A stretch of 43,136 nt of DNA from a virus: positions 1-43,136 of the IMG/VR virus record IMGVR_UViG_3300045988_021913; one strand, 5' to 3'. The position numbers and the translations under genes are program-made. Under the pieces are notes generated by a model. It made no database searches and was not told the origin of the DNA. It was given only the letters and a program-made list of their open reading frames with translations. Positions 6,929 through 14,431 of the stretch are shown here, one piece after another; the stretch's first letter is position 1; every line of letters starts with the position of its first letter.

Positions 6929-8499
6929 TCCTCCCCGAATCTAAGTTTTGTAACGGCAACGGGAAATTCTTCGATCTCGCTTGCCCATCGTGCCGTGCCT
7001 TTGCCGTTGTGCCGCTCAAATACCAGGGGGAACCCGCCGATGCCATCAAACAGGCTGCCCATCGTAACGGGGCGCAAATACTGCGCGCTGATGCGCTTTG
7101 CCAAAAAGTCCCAAAACGGCAGCGCGATCGAGTTGCCGCAGGCCTTATAGCGCGGGCTGTCCGCGCTGTCGCGGAGCTTGCCCTTGCTGTCGCGCCACTC
7201 GCCGATGTCCGTCCAGCCGTCCGGATAGCCTTGCAGCCGCTCGCATTCCATCGGCGTGAGGCGGCGCACGATCATTCCCGTGCGGACAGTGTTTTGCAGA
7301 TTCAAACTCTGCCCGCCGCTCTCTTTGGCTTGCAGTGTTCCGTTGATCTCGCCTCCCTCGGTGAAATTGCGGCAATCAACACTGCTGACCACTAAATCGG
7401 TGCTGTCCTTGTAGTCCCGCTGCTTGCAGCTGCTCGCAACATTGCCCTCGCGATAATCACCGAAGCCCTGCATTTGATAGCAAACCGCCGGGACCTCGCC
7501 GAAGGTGTGCAGTGCAGGACACGGCTTGTCCAGTCCGACGGTGCTGCGGTTATTCGGCGATGTGATCTGCGCGCGATCAAATATCAAAACAGACGGACGT
7601 TGATTCGGCCCGTTTGATACCGCGCTCAGCGTCGGCGCGCATTCCTCGGCGTAGCCGATGCCGTTCGCCTTTGCACCCTGCCCCGCCTTAAAGGCCGCGC
7701 AGATCACCGGCTGATTGTTCCCGCTCATGCCGGCCGCAGCGGTCAGCGTAGGTGCTCTGTCGTCTGTGCGAATCTCTGCACCGCCCTGCTGCGTCGCCAT
7801 GCAGATCACTCCGCACGATGCTTGCCCCCTGCTGCTGCCGGCCGAAATGCACATTGCCTTTTCTTTGCTTGTAATCGGGTCTTGCGTCAAGTGGACCGAG
7901 ATTGCGCAGCCAGCGCCCGCTCCAAAATTTCCGGCAGCTTCTTCCCCCGCCGCTCCGCGCGGCGCAGGATGCCCTGACGCGCTTTTGCGCTCAAAGAGTA
8001 TTTCCCCTGCGGTGTCTCCTCCAAAATCTGCGACAATCGAGATACGACGGCGACGTTGGGGGACTCCCCAGTGTTGCGCGTCATGCACTCGCCAAGCCAC
8101 GCTCCATCGTCCTCCCACGTCATCGTGGTAGCCCCCCCAGGTGTTCCAGCCTTTTTCAGGCACTTCAATATCGGGGGCTTCCGGCTCTGCGATGCGGATG
8201 ATCTCTTCAAGGACTGCCGCGAAGTCTCGCCCTTTGTTGCTTGAGAATGCTCCGGGCACGTTTTCCCAGACCATAAACCGAGGTCTGACCATGTCACCTG
8301 TCCGTCCGTTCGATCTGTCATGTTCTCTCATCTCCTTTACGATGCGAACCTGTTCCATGAACAATCCGCTCCTTGCACCGGCCAATCCGGCGCGTTTCCC
8401 TGCAATGCTCAAATCCTGGCACGGGGAGCCGCCCGTGATAACGTCCACGGCCTCGATCTCCGCGCCATTGATTTTCGTAATATCGCCGAGGTGCTTCAT
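6925..8499 (-). CDS. DNA (cytosine-5) methyltransferase with circularly permuted motif order (IV-VI-VIII-TRD-IX/X-I)
   Basis: Track ORF trimmed to ATG 8499 (MKHLGDITKING.., ATGA overlap with the upstream HTH gene, GAGGGAAGAGG RBS). GGSPCQ lies at about 8416-8433, ENV at 8257-8265, QRRRR at 8044-8058, RRLTPMECERLQGYP follows, and GNS is at 7129-7137. Motif I/II (MGSLFDGIGGF..WASEIEEF) is at 6928-7062, at the C-terminus. Confidence 0.85.
   Translation of the reverse strand: MKHLGDITKINGAEIEAVDVITGGSPCQDLSIAGKRAGLAGARSGLFMEQVRIVKEMREHDRSNGRTGDMVRPRFMVWENVPGAFSSNKGRDFAAVLEEIIRIAEPEAPDIEVPEKGWNTWGGYHDDVGGRWSVAWRVHDAQHWGVPQRRRRISIVADFGGDTAGEILFERKSASGHPAPRGAAGEEAAGNFGAGAGCAISVHLTQDPITSKEKAMCISAGSSRGQASCGVICMATQQGGAEIRTDDRAPTLTAAAGMSGNNQPVICAAFKAGQGAKANGIGYAEECAPTLSAVSNGPNQRPSVLIFDRAQITSPNNRSTVGLDKPCPALHTFGEVPAVCYQMQGFGDYREGNVASSCKQRDYKDSTDLVVSSVDCRNFTEGGEINGTLQAKESGGQSLNLQNTVRTGMIVRRLTPMECERLQGYPDGWTDIGEWRDSKGKLRDSADSPRYKACGNSIALPFWDFLAKRISAQYLRPVTMGSLFDGIGGFPLVFERHNGKGTARWASEIEEFPVAVTKLRFGEE
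7887..8321 (-). CDS. 144-codon alternative-frame ORF embedded in the methyltransferase catalytic core (possible overprinted gene, or a frame artefact)
   Basis: ATG 8321, 10 nt after AAGGAG. The product ends ..GESPNVAVVSRLSQILEETPQGKYSLSAKARQGILRRAERRGKKLPEILERALAAQSRST, which is helical and protein-like. See findings. Confidence 0.3.
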   Translation of the reverse strand: MTDRTDGQVTWSDLGLWSGKTCPEHSQATKGETSRQSLKRSSASQSRKPPILKCLKKAGTPGGATTMTWEDDGAWLGECMTRNTGESPNVAVVSRLSQILEETPQGKYSLSAKARQGILRRAERRGKKLPEILERALAAQSRST

Positions 8500-8741
8500 C
8501 CTCTTCCCTCGCATTCCCCGAACAACTCCCGGAACGTCATCCCGGTCAAATCTTCCAGCGCGAGAAACGCTCGCACGGTCACGTCCACGTCGCCCTTGAC
8601 GTAGCGGCTCACGTTGGTCGCCGAAATGCCGGTCGCCTCGGCAAGCGTGGTCTGGTTGTAGTCGGTCTTCTCCAGTGCCGCTTTTAAGCCCAAATACGGG
8701 CAGCGCTCCCACGGGGTCTTGCTCATAACAAATCGGCTCAT
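8496..8741 (-). CDS. HTH (XRE-like) DNA-binding protein
   Basis: AGGAGG lies 8 nt before ATG 8741. Sequence ..YNQTTLAEATGISATNVSRYVKGD... Confidence 0.75.
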   Translation of the reverse strand: MSRFVMSKTPWERCPYLGLKAALEKTDYNQTTLAEATGISATNVSRYVKGDVDVTVRAFLALEDLTGMTFRELFGECEGRG

Positions 8742-8742
8742 A

Positions 8743-9174
8743 TCACTCGCCTCCTAACAGCGCCGCGATGGACACGTCCAGCGCTTCGGCGAGATAGAGA
8801 TACGTCGTGACTATACCGTATCGCTCGCCGCGCTCGATGGACGAGATCGTGCTGTCTGCGACGCCTGACTTCTCCGCAAGTTCTGTTTGGTTCATCCCTC
8901 GCATCAGGCGCAGGGCTTTCACCCTCTCGCCAATGCGTTTCTCGGTCGGGATTCCGCTTTTCCCCTTGTCATCCTCCCGTAAAAAGTCGAGCAGGTTAAT
9001 GCCGACGGCGCGGCAAATCCGCTCGCACAGTGGAATAGTCGGCATGATGCGCGCCATCTCGTAGTTGCACAGCTGCCCTTGCTCAATGCCACACATGCTG
9101 GCAAAACTCGCTTGGCTCATGCCAGCGGCAGCTCTCAGCCCACGAATTCGCTCCGCAGTGTCTTTTACATTCAT
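8743..9174 (-). CDS. Protein with two tandem XRE-type HTH domains
   Basis: Contains ..RAAAGMSQASFASMCGIEQGQLCNYE.. and ..RLMRGMNQTELAEKSGVADSTISSIERGE... Confidence 0.8.
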   Translation of the reverse strand: MNVKDTAERIRGLRAAAGMSQASFASMCGIEQGQLCNYEMARIMPTIPLCERICRAVGINLLDFLREDDKGKSGIPTEKRIGERVKALRLMRGMNQTELAEKSGVADSTISSIERGERYGIVTTYLYLAEALDVSIAALLGGE

Positions 9175-9186
9175 CTTTTCGCTCCC

Positions 9187-9381
9187 TCATTTCGTTCGTT
9201 GGTAGCGCCTCGTCTTAAACTGCCGCGCGCCCCAATAGGCACCGCGTTCCTGCGTTTGGCGCGCTTCTTCTTCCTTTGCCTCGTTGTACTTGGCGATATC
9301 CGCCTGATAGTACGGGCAATCGCCGTGACAGCCTACGTGCCGCGTTGGCGGCTTGCAGCTATGGCAGTGCTCAAAGCTCAT
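9187..9381 (-). CDS. Small Cys/His-rich protein (64 aa)
   Basis: MSFEHCHSCKPPTRHVGCHGDCPYYQ... GAGGTG RBS. Confidence 0.6.
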   Translation of the reverse strand: MSFEHCHSCKPPTRHVGCHGDCPYYQADIAKYNEAKEEEARQTQERGAYWGARQFKTRRYQRTK

Positions 9382-9382
9382 C

Positions 9383-9820
9383 TCACACCTCGCGGATCGT
9401 GATGCCGTACTTGTCCTGCATCAGTTTCTTTTTCAGCAGATAGTCCTTCGTTTTCACGCCCTTCGCGTCCTCGACCTCGCGCAGCCAGTGCACCGTGCCG
9501 TTGCAGTCCGGCTCGGTCTCCCGCTCGTAGGTAAAATCCGCGCGATAGACCATCGGCTTGATCCTCTCGCCCTCGATAGTCGTGTATCCCTCCACGAGGA
9601 TAAAATTCGCTTGCAGCCGCAAATCGCGAATCCTGCCCATCGCTCGCAGCACTTTCAGCTCGCCGAACCGCGCCGCCTCACGCTCGGAATCAAACTTGAT
9701 ACCGTCACGCACGACCTTGCGGTTGCCGTATTTGCTGCGCTTTTGGACTTCCTGCACGGCCATCTTTGCCATGACCTGAGCTTGAGCATCTTTCCCAAGC
9801 TGAGAAATATCAATGCCCAT
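9383..9820 (-). CDS. DUF1064-like protein (putative PD-(D/E)XK resolvase-type nuclease)
   Basis: ..SKYGNRKVVRDGIKFDSEREAARFGELKVL..RIRDLRLQ.. matches the DUF1064 pattern as remembered. GGAGGG RBS. Confidence 0.7.
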   Translation of the reverse strand: MGIDISQLGKDAQAQVMAKMAVQEVQKRSKYGNRKVVRDGIKFDSEREAARFGELKVLRAMGRIRDLRLQANFILVEGYTTIEGERIKPMVYRADFTYERETEPDCNGTVHWLREVEDAKGVKTKDYLLKKKLMQDKYGITIREV

Positions 9821-10637
9821 TGCTTCCCTCCAACACCGACTTGACGTACCGCAGGCGCTTATTCGCCTTTTCGCGTCGCAGATTGTCGCCCTTGAACACC
9901 AGTGGCGTACACATCTCGATCACGCGGTCATAAATGCGCTGATAGTCCATGTTTTTCGGCTTGCACAGCTCGTCCAGAGTCAAGTTCGTGGTGACGATCA
10001 GCGGCTTTTTTGCCTTATAGCGCTCGTCAATGACCGTGTATACCGTCTCCATTGCGTACTCGCTGCTGCGCTCTGCGCCAAGATCGTCAATTACCAACAG
10101 CGGGTAGTACCTCACCTGCTTGATGATCTCCTGCTTGTCGTATCCCGCGTTGAGGATTCGCGGGAAGCTCGTAATCATCGCCGGAATTCCGCGATCGATC
10201 AGCTCGTTAGCGATGCACGCCGCCGCGAAAGTCTTGCCGTTGCCGGTGTTCCCCCACAGCAGAAGCCCATTGTTCTCGCGCCGCATATCGTCCCACGCGT
10301 CGGCATAGCGCTTGCATTTGACGATCTCGTCACTCATCGTTGCCGTGCCGAATCGGCACGCCGTCAGGCTCTTGTCGCGGATTCCGTCAGCACGCAGCGT
10401 TTCGATGCGCAAGCGCTTCTCGCGGTCAGCGCGAGCTTTTTTCTCAGCCTCGTACTCTCGCGCCGCACAAGCACACTGACACCCGACAAGGCGGACGCCC
10501 CCGCCGATGGGGATGCGGCACTGCTTCGGCGTGTTGCAATGGCCGCAGTACAGCAGCCCGTCTTTCTCGTAGTCGACCAGATCGCGCACAGGCTCGGCCT
10601 TTTCCGCGATGCTGTCAATCAATGCGTCAACGTTCAT
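9810..10637 (-). CDS. DnaC/IstB-like AAA+ helicase loader
   Basis: Walker A LLLWGNTGNGKTFAA and Walker B LLVIDDLGAE. ATGA overlap with the upstream gene. Confidence 0.85.
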   Translation of the reverse strand: MNVDALIDSIAEKAEPVRDLVDYEKDGLLYCGHCNTPKQCRIPIGGGVRLVGCQCACAAREYEAEKKARADREKRLRIETLRADGIRDKSLTACRFGTATMSDEIVKCKRYADAWDDMRRENNGLLLWGNTGNGKTFAAACIANELIDRGIPAMITSFPRILNAGYDKQEIIKQVRYYPLLVIDDLGAERSSEYAMETVYTVIDERYKAKKPLIVTTNLTLDELCKPKNMDYQRIYDRVIEMCTPLVFKGDNLRREKANKRLRYVKSVLEGSNGH

Positions 10638-11287
10638 AGGCTTCCCTCCGTGTTGCCGTAGTCGTAGTGATACCCTCTGCCGCTCTCGGGTAGCTCATCG
10701 TCCCACCGGCCTTGATTCAGCCATGTAGCGGGGTGTGGAATAAACTGCCCGTTGTTCTGCGTCCATTGGTCGCTGCACTTCTGCCGCTCCACTGCGGTCA
10801 CAAGTGTTTCGAGTGGTACTTTGACCCGCTCGAAAGCTCTCTTAGCAGACTGTTTCCCGATTTTTCGCGGGTAAACTGACCAAAAACGCTCGAATGCGTC
10901 CCCCGTAGAGGGGGATTTAGAGGGTATATCGTCTTCTGTCTTATGTTCTTCGTCTTCTGTCTTATGTCTTATGTTATTAGTAGGCTTGCATTTGCTTACA
11001 TTTGCTTGCATTTGCTTGCATTTGCTTACATTTGCTTTTGACGCTCTGCCGCCAGCCGCTCCATTTTGAGCCAGCGTACCGGATTTTTGAGCGTCACGGT
11101 CGACGACCGCCTTGAATACCGGAAATAAAAGGGACTCTCTCCCAAGGGTATCAGGAATTTCACCAGACCTGGCATATTCTAAAATCGCAACAAACAGACG
11201 GCCTTTTTCGTCATCTTCCAGTGCTGCTGTTTGCTCGATCCAGTCGTAATATGCCTTTACATAGCACCTTGTCGATGCAGCTCCCAT
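10634..11287 (-). CDS. Replisome organiser / replication initiator-like protein
   Basis: C-terminal FERFWSVYPRKIGKQSAKRAFERV...FIPHPATWLNQGRWDDE is typical of phage replication-organiser proteins. It carries internal DNA iterons. Confidence 0.7.
   Translation of the reverse strand: MGAASTRCYVKAYYDWIEQTAALEDDEKGRLFVAILEYARSGEIPDTLGRESLLFPVFKAVVDRDAQKSGTLAQNGAAGGRASKANVSKCKQMQANVSKCKPTNNIRHKTEDEEHKTEDDIPSKSPSTGDAFERFWSVYPRKIGKQSAKRAFERVKVPLETLVTAVERQKCSDQWTQNNGQFIPHPATWLNQGRWDDELPESGRGYHYDYGNTEGSL
10930..11038. repeat. Iteron cluster inside the organiser gene. There are two copies of cgtcttctgtcttatgt (10930, 10951), followed by 5 tandem 10-nt units gcttRcattt (10984-11038).
   Basis: Read directly. 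The repeats are mirrored in the protein as HKTEDE/HKTEDD and ANVSKCK x2. Confidence 0.85.
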
Positions 11288-11299
11288 GCCGTCACCGCC

Positions 11300-11695
11300 T
11301 TAAAACGGCAGCTCGGATTCGTCCTCGCTCGTAACGTCTTGAAACTCGGAAGGTTCATATCGCGGCTCCTCGCGTTTACTGTCGCCGAAATAGATATTGT
11401 CGGAAATAATCTCCGCGTTGCGGCGCTTATTGCCGTCCTTGTCCGTCCAATCGCGGACAGTGAGCTTGCCCTCGACCACGACCATGCGGCCCTTGCTCAA
11501 ATACTGGCAAGCAAACTCTGCCTGCTGCCGCCACGCCACCACATCGAGGAAATAGGTTTTCTTTTCGCCGGTTGCCTTGCTCTTGAAATCGTCATCGACG
11601 GCAACGGTAAAGCTCGTGACCGACGTTCCGTCCTGCGTGCGGCGCAGTTCCAGATCGCGCGTAATGCGCCCCATAATGCAAACTCTGTTTAACAT
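11300..11695 (-). CDS. ssb: Single-stranded DNA-binding protein
   Basis: OB-fold N-terminus MLNRVCIMGRITRDLELRRTQDG and an acidic tail ..SEDESELPF. Confidence 0.9.
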   Translation of the reverse strand: MLNRVCIMGRITRDLELRRTQDGTSVTSFTVAVDDDFKSKATGEKKTYFLDVVAWRQQAEFACQYLSKGRMVVVEGKLTVRDWTDKDGNKRRNAEIISDNIYFGDSKREEPRYEPSEFQDVTSEDESELPF

Positions 11696-11988
11696 GATTC
11701 GTCCTCCAAATAGTTTTTCTTAAATACGGCCATAAAAGTATCGTGGCCGTAAAGCTCTTCAAAGCGCTTCTGACACTCGCGTTTCAGCCGCATATCCAGT
11801 TCGTGACCGTCTTTCCCGTGCACGCCGTAGTCGGCCATGTTGTGCCAGTCGGCGCGCAGCCACACCCAGCAGCCCCAAATATCGGATAGCTGCCGACGGC
11901 CACCACCGTAAATGTGATGTCGCGCGAGGTTCGTTGAGAATCCTGAGATATAGCACTCCCGCTTGTCCTGCATGATGCTTTTAGTCAT
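11689..11988 (-). CDS. HNH/His-Me-finger-like small nuclease candidate
   Basis: ATG 11988 (ATGA overlap, GGAGGA 9 nt upstream). Sequence ..CYISGFSTNLARHHIYGG..WLRADWHN..GVHG... Confidence 0.45.
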   Translation of the reverse strand: MTKSIMQDKRECYISGFSTNLARHHIYGGGRRQLSDIWGCWVWLRADWHNMADYGVHGKDGHELDMRLKRECQKRFEELYGHDTFMAVFKKNYLEDESC

Positions 11989-12506
11989 CTGCCCCATTCC
12001 TCCTTCAATGCGTCAAGTTGCTGCGGGGTCAATGTCTCAATCCCCAGCTCCTTGCAGTCCTGCACGATGTTGTCGATCAGGCGTGACATTTGCCTTGTGT
12101 CAAAGGTGGACGAGCCGTAATACAGCACCACGTTTTTGCATCCGTCGATTTTGCTGTCCATCACTTCCGTCTGCCAGCCGATACCATTCTTGTTCCAGCC
12201 GTCACATAGCTTCTGCACGGCTTTCTCGCGCACACAGACGGTTTCTGTGTTCCCGCCAACGTCCCGCACCTCTCGCCGGTAAACCTCGCTCTTTGGCGCT
12301 CCTGTGGCTTCTGCAAGCTTATCCAGCAGCACCCATGAGTAAGCGTTTGCATCAAGGCTCCGCTTCTCGCGGTGCTTTTTGATGGTCACATCAACGTCAA
12401 CCTCATGCAGCTCGTCATACAGTGTTCCGACGTTCTCCCGCGTAGCAATGGTGAGTAAATACCCACCATCGCGCGCAAGGGTTAGATCATGCAGTCGGGC
12501 TTTCAT
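11985..12506 (-). CDS. NinB/Orf-like recombination mediator (tentative)
   Basis: ..KKHREKRSLDANAYSWVLLDKLAE.. and ..GSSTFDTRQMSRLIDNIVQDCKELGIET.. resemble lambda NinB as remembered. Confidence 0.5.
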   Translation of the reverse strand: MKARLHDLTLARDGGYLLTIATRENVGTLYDELHEVDVDVTIKKHREKRSLDANAYSWVLLDKLAEATGAPKSEVYRREVRDVGGNTETVCVREKAVQKLCDGWNKNGIGWQTEVMDSKIDGCKNVVLYYGSSTFDTRQMSRLIDNIVQDCKELGIETLTPQQLDALKEEWGR

Positions 12507-13122
12507 TTGCTTTTCTCCTTGCCATCATGCAAGCCCAGCAGAGCGGAGCTTTATAGGTCTTTCGCGCGTTCTCCACGATCTCTGCAACCGTGTACGACTT
12601 GCCGCTGTGCGTCACAGGATAGATGGGCTTGCCGCAGTCCTTGCAAACCGGTTTTCCAGCTGCCTCGTTTGGTTGCTGTCTCTCCGGCCTTTGTGTGTAC
12701 GTGGTCGCGTCCTTTGCCCAATACACATCAGCGCCAAAACCGAGCGCCTTGCAGGCAACGGAGATAGCGTCGGTCAGCGCCATTTTGAAGCACTCGTCAG
12801 AGGTGTAAAGCCCGTTTCGTTCGCTGGCGACAAACGCGCTTCCGCCTGTGCCGGGGATCGCATCTGACCACTCACCATCGACTTTAATAAAAAGGTCAAT
12901 GTCCACAAATGCGGAAACCTCGTTGTTCGCGCCATTTTCAAGGCGCTTATCGGTGATGGTATATTTCCAACCAATACCGCAAGGGCCGAACTGCTCCGTC
13001 AGCGCCTTAATGCGCCACATGGGGTTAATGTCGGTCTTGCCTTTCAGCCTCCCCGCTTGAATTTCGCGCTGTGCAAACGGCGGGACTTGCCGCACGCTTT
13101 CATAAATTCCAAGGTTTTCCAT
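12487..13122 (-). CDS. Rad52/Sak-type single-strand annealing protein with a C-terminal zinc ribbon
   Basis: ..GRLKGKTDINPMWRIKALTEQFGPCGIGWKY..SDECFKMALTDAISVACKALGFGADVY.. The C-terminus has CKDCGK...CWAC. Confidence 0.8.
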   Translation of the reverse strand: MENLGIYESVRQVPPFAQREIQAGRLKGKTDINPMWRIKALTEQFGPCGIGWKYTITDKRLENGANNEVSAFVDIDLFIKVDGEWSDAIPGTGGSAFVASERNGLYTSDECFKMALTDAISVACKALGFGADVYWAKDATTYTQRPERQQPNEAAGKPVCKDCGKPIYPVTHSGKSYTVAEIVENARKTYKAPLCWACMMARRKANESPTA

Positions 13123-13607
13123 CACTTCACCCCCATGCTCATGCCCTGTACAAGCATCGCACCGTCGATTTCAGCACCGTTTTTCAGCAACGGGGCAAGG
13201 TCAGTCTTGCTCACCGTGGGGGCGTTGTAAGTAACCTCGCCATCGTGACCGTTGGCGAGCATCCACGCCACCACCGCGCCCATGTCGGAGACCTCCACGC
13301 TGGTGGTCTTGCGGTAGCTGATGGAGCATCGCGGGGTTGAAAACTTCTCGCCGTTCAGAACAGAATCGAGATATTTTTTCTTGCTCTCTGCCGCGCGTTC
13401 TAAAGCCTGTCTGCGCGCCGCAAGGGTCTTCTCTTCTTCGCGGATCGCCTTTGCTTCGGCAACATCGTTTTTAATCCAAAGCGCGATGTTCTCGATCTTC
13501 TGATCTCGTTCCATACTCAGCGCCATGAGCTTCTCAACGTCAAGGATTTCGCCGGTCTCGGCGTCTACACATTCCGCAAGCGCGGAATCAATCTGATAAA
13601 GGTTCAT
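13122..13607 (-). CDS. Siphovirus Gp157-like protein
   Basis: Track ORF trimmed to ATG 13607 (GGAGGGA RBS). MNLYQIDSALAECVDAETGEILD...IENIALWIKNDVAEAKAIREEEKTL... Confidence 0.7.
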   Translation of the reverse strand: MNLYQIDSALAECVDAETGEILDVEKLMALSMERDQKIENIALWIKNDVAEAKAIREEEKTLAARRQALERAAESKKKYLDSVLNGEKFSTPRCSISYRKTTSVEVSDMGAVVAWMLANGHDGEVTYNAPTVSKTDLAPLLKNGAEIDGAMLVQGMSMGVK

Positions 13608-13752
13608 CTTTTCCCTCCGTAATATTGTCTGTGCCACAGTAAGGGCACACGGTTTGAGTGGTAATCGTCCAGTTTTCAGCGTCCAAATTTTCCCGGTACG
13701 CATAAAGCGCAGGCTCCCGGAAATCCGCACCGCAAGCAAAGCAGTGCATCAT
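13588..13752 (-). CDS. Small zinc-ribbon protein (54 aa)
   Basis: Below the track cut-off. Its ATG overlaps the upstream TGA. MMHCFACGADF...VCPYCGTDN... Confidence 0.45.
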   Translation of the reverse strand: MMHCFACGADFREPALYAYRENLDAENWTITTQTVCPYCGTDNITEGKDEPLSD

Positions 13753-14288
13753 TCCGCCGCCTCCAAATACGCCATCGCGCTCTGCACGCCGAACATGCGC
13801 GCTGCCTGATGATCGTCAAAAAACACGTCGATGTGGTTGCCGTTCACTCCGCCGCCGCAATCCTCCGCAATATAGCTGCGCTGAGTGCCGTCCGGCCAGA
13901 TCAGCAGGACGCGCGTCCCGTAGGGGATCACCTTCGGGTCGACCGCGATCGTGCGCCCCTCGGTCGCCAGCGTGCCGGTGGCGGTGTAGCCGCTTGCCCA
14001 CTTGCCGCAGCAGCAGCGCTTAGGGCAATAGGCCGTCAGCGTAAACTCACCGAGGAAAACGTCGTTGCACACCGCGCTTTCAGTCGCGGGAATGTCCCAC
14101 GCGGGGTCGTATTCCTCGACGGCCTCCGTGGATTCCTCGGGTGCTTCGACCGCCTGCGCGCTGGTGGCTAAGATGACGACCACGATCAAGAGGATCGTCG
14201 CGCCAAGGCACGCCGCCGCAATCAGCGCCGATTCATCGGCCTTGCGCTGCTCTCTCGTGCGCTTGTCGCGCCGCCTCACTTCCTGCAC
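13749..14288 (-). CDS. Membrane-anchored 3D-domain (RlpA/MltA-like double-psi beta-barrel) protein
   Basis: GTG start. N-terminal TM helix ALIAAACLGATILLIVVVILA. The 3D domain reads ..FTLTAYCPKRCCCGKWASGYTATGTLATEGRTIAVDPKVIPYGTRV..DCGGGVNGNHIDVFF... Confidence 0.8.
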   Translation of the reverse strand: MQEVRRRDKRTREQRKADESALIAAACLGATILLIVVVILATSAQAVEAPEESTEAVEEYDPAWDIPATESAVCNDVFLGEFTLTAYCPKRCCCGKWASGYTATGTLATEGRTIAVDPKVIPYGTRVLLIWPDGTQRSYIAEDCGGGVNGNHIDVFFDDHQAARMFGVQSAMAYLEAAE

Positions 14289-14431
14289 CCCCTGTCGATA
14301 AACGGCAGCAGCTCATACAGCACCTTGCACACCGCACACGCGCCGATGACGGCAAGGGAGGTTGCAAAGTCGCAGCTGTTGAGCGCGATCACCGCAGCGG
14401 CAATGCCGCCGAAAAACAGCGTGTCAATCAT
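14276..14431 (-). CDS. Small membrane protein (51 aa)
   Basis: Below the track cut-off. ATGA overlap with the upstream gene. MIDTLFFGGIAAAVIALNSCDFATSLAVIGACAVCKVL... Confidence 0.4.
   Translation of the reverse strand: MIDTLFFGGIAAAVIALNSCDFATSLAVIGACAVCKVLYELLPFIDRGCRK

Noticed and set aside
8500-8712. N-terminal extensions of track ORFs: MTase to 8712, TMP to 34554, GY protein to 6602, Gp157 to 13739, HTH to 14778.
   Set aside because: The extensions overlap the upstream gene in another frame and read as junk. Internal ATGs have good RBSs and ATGA/TGATG coupling.
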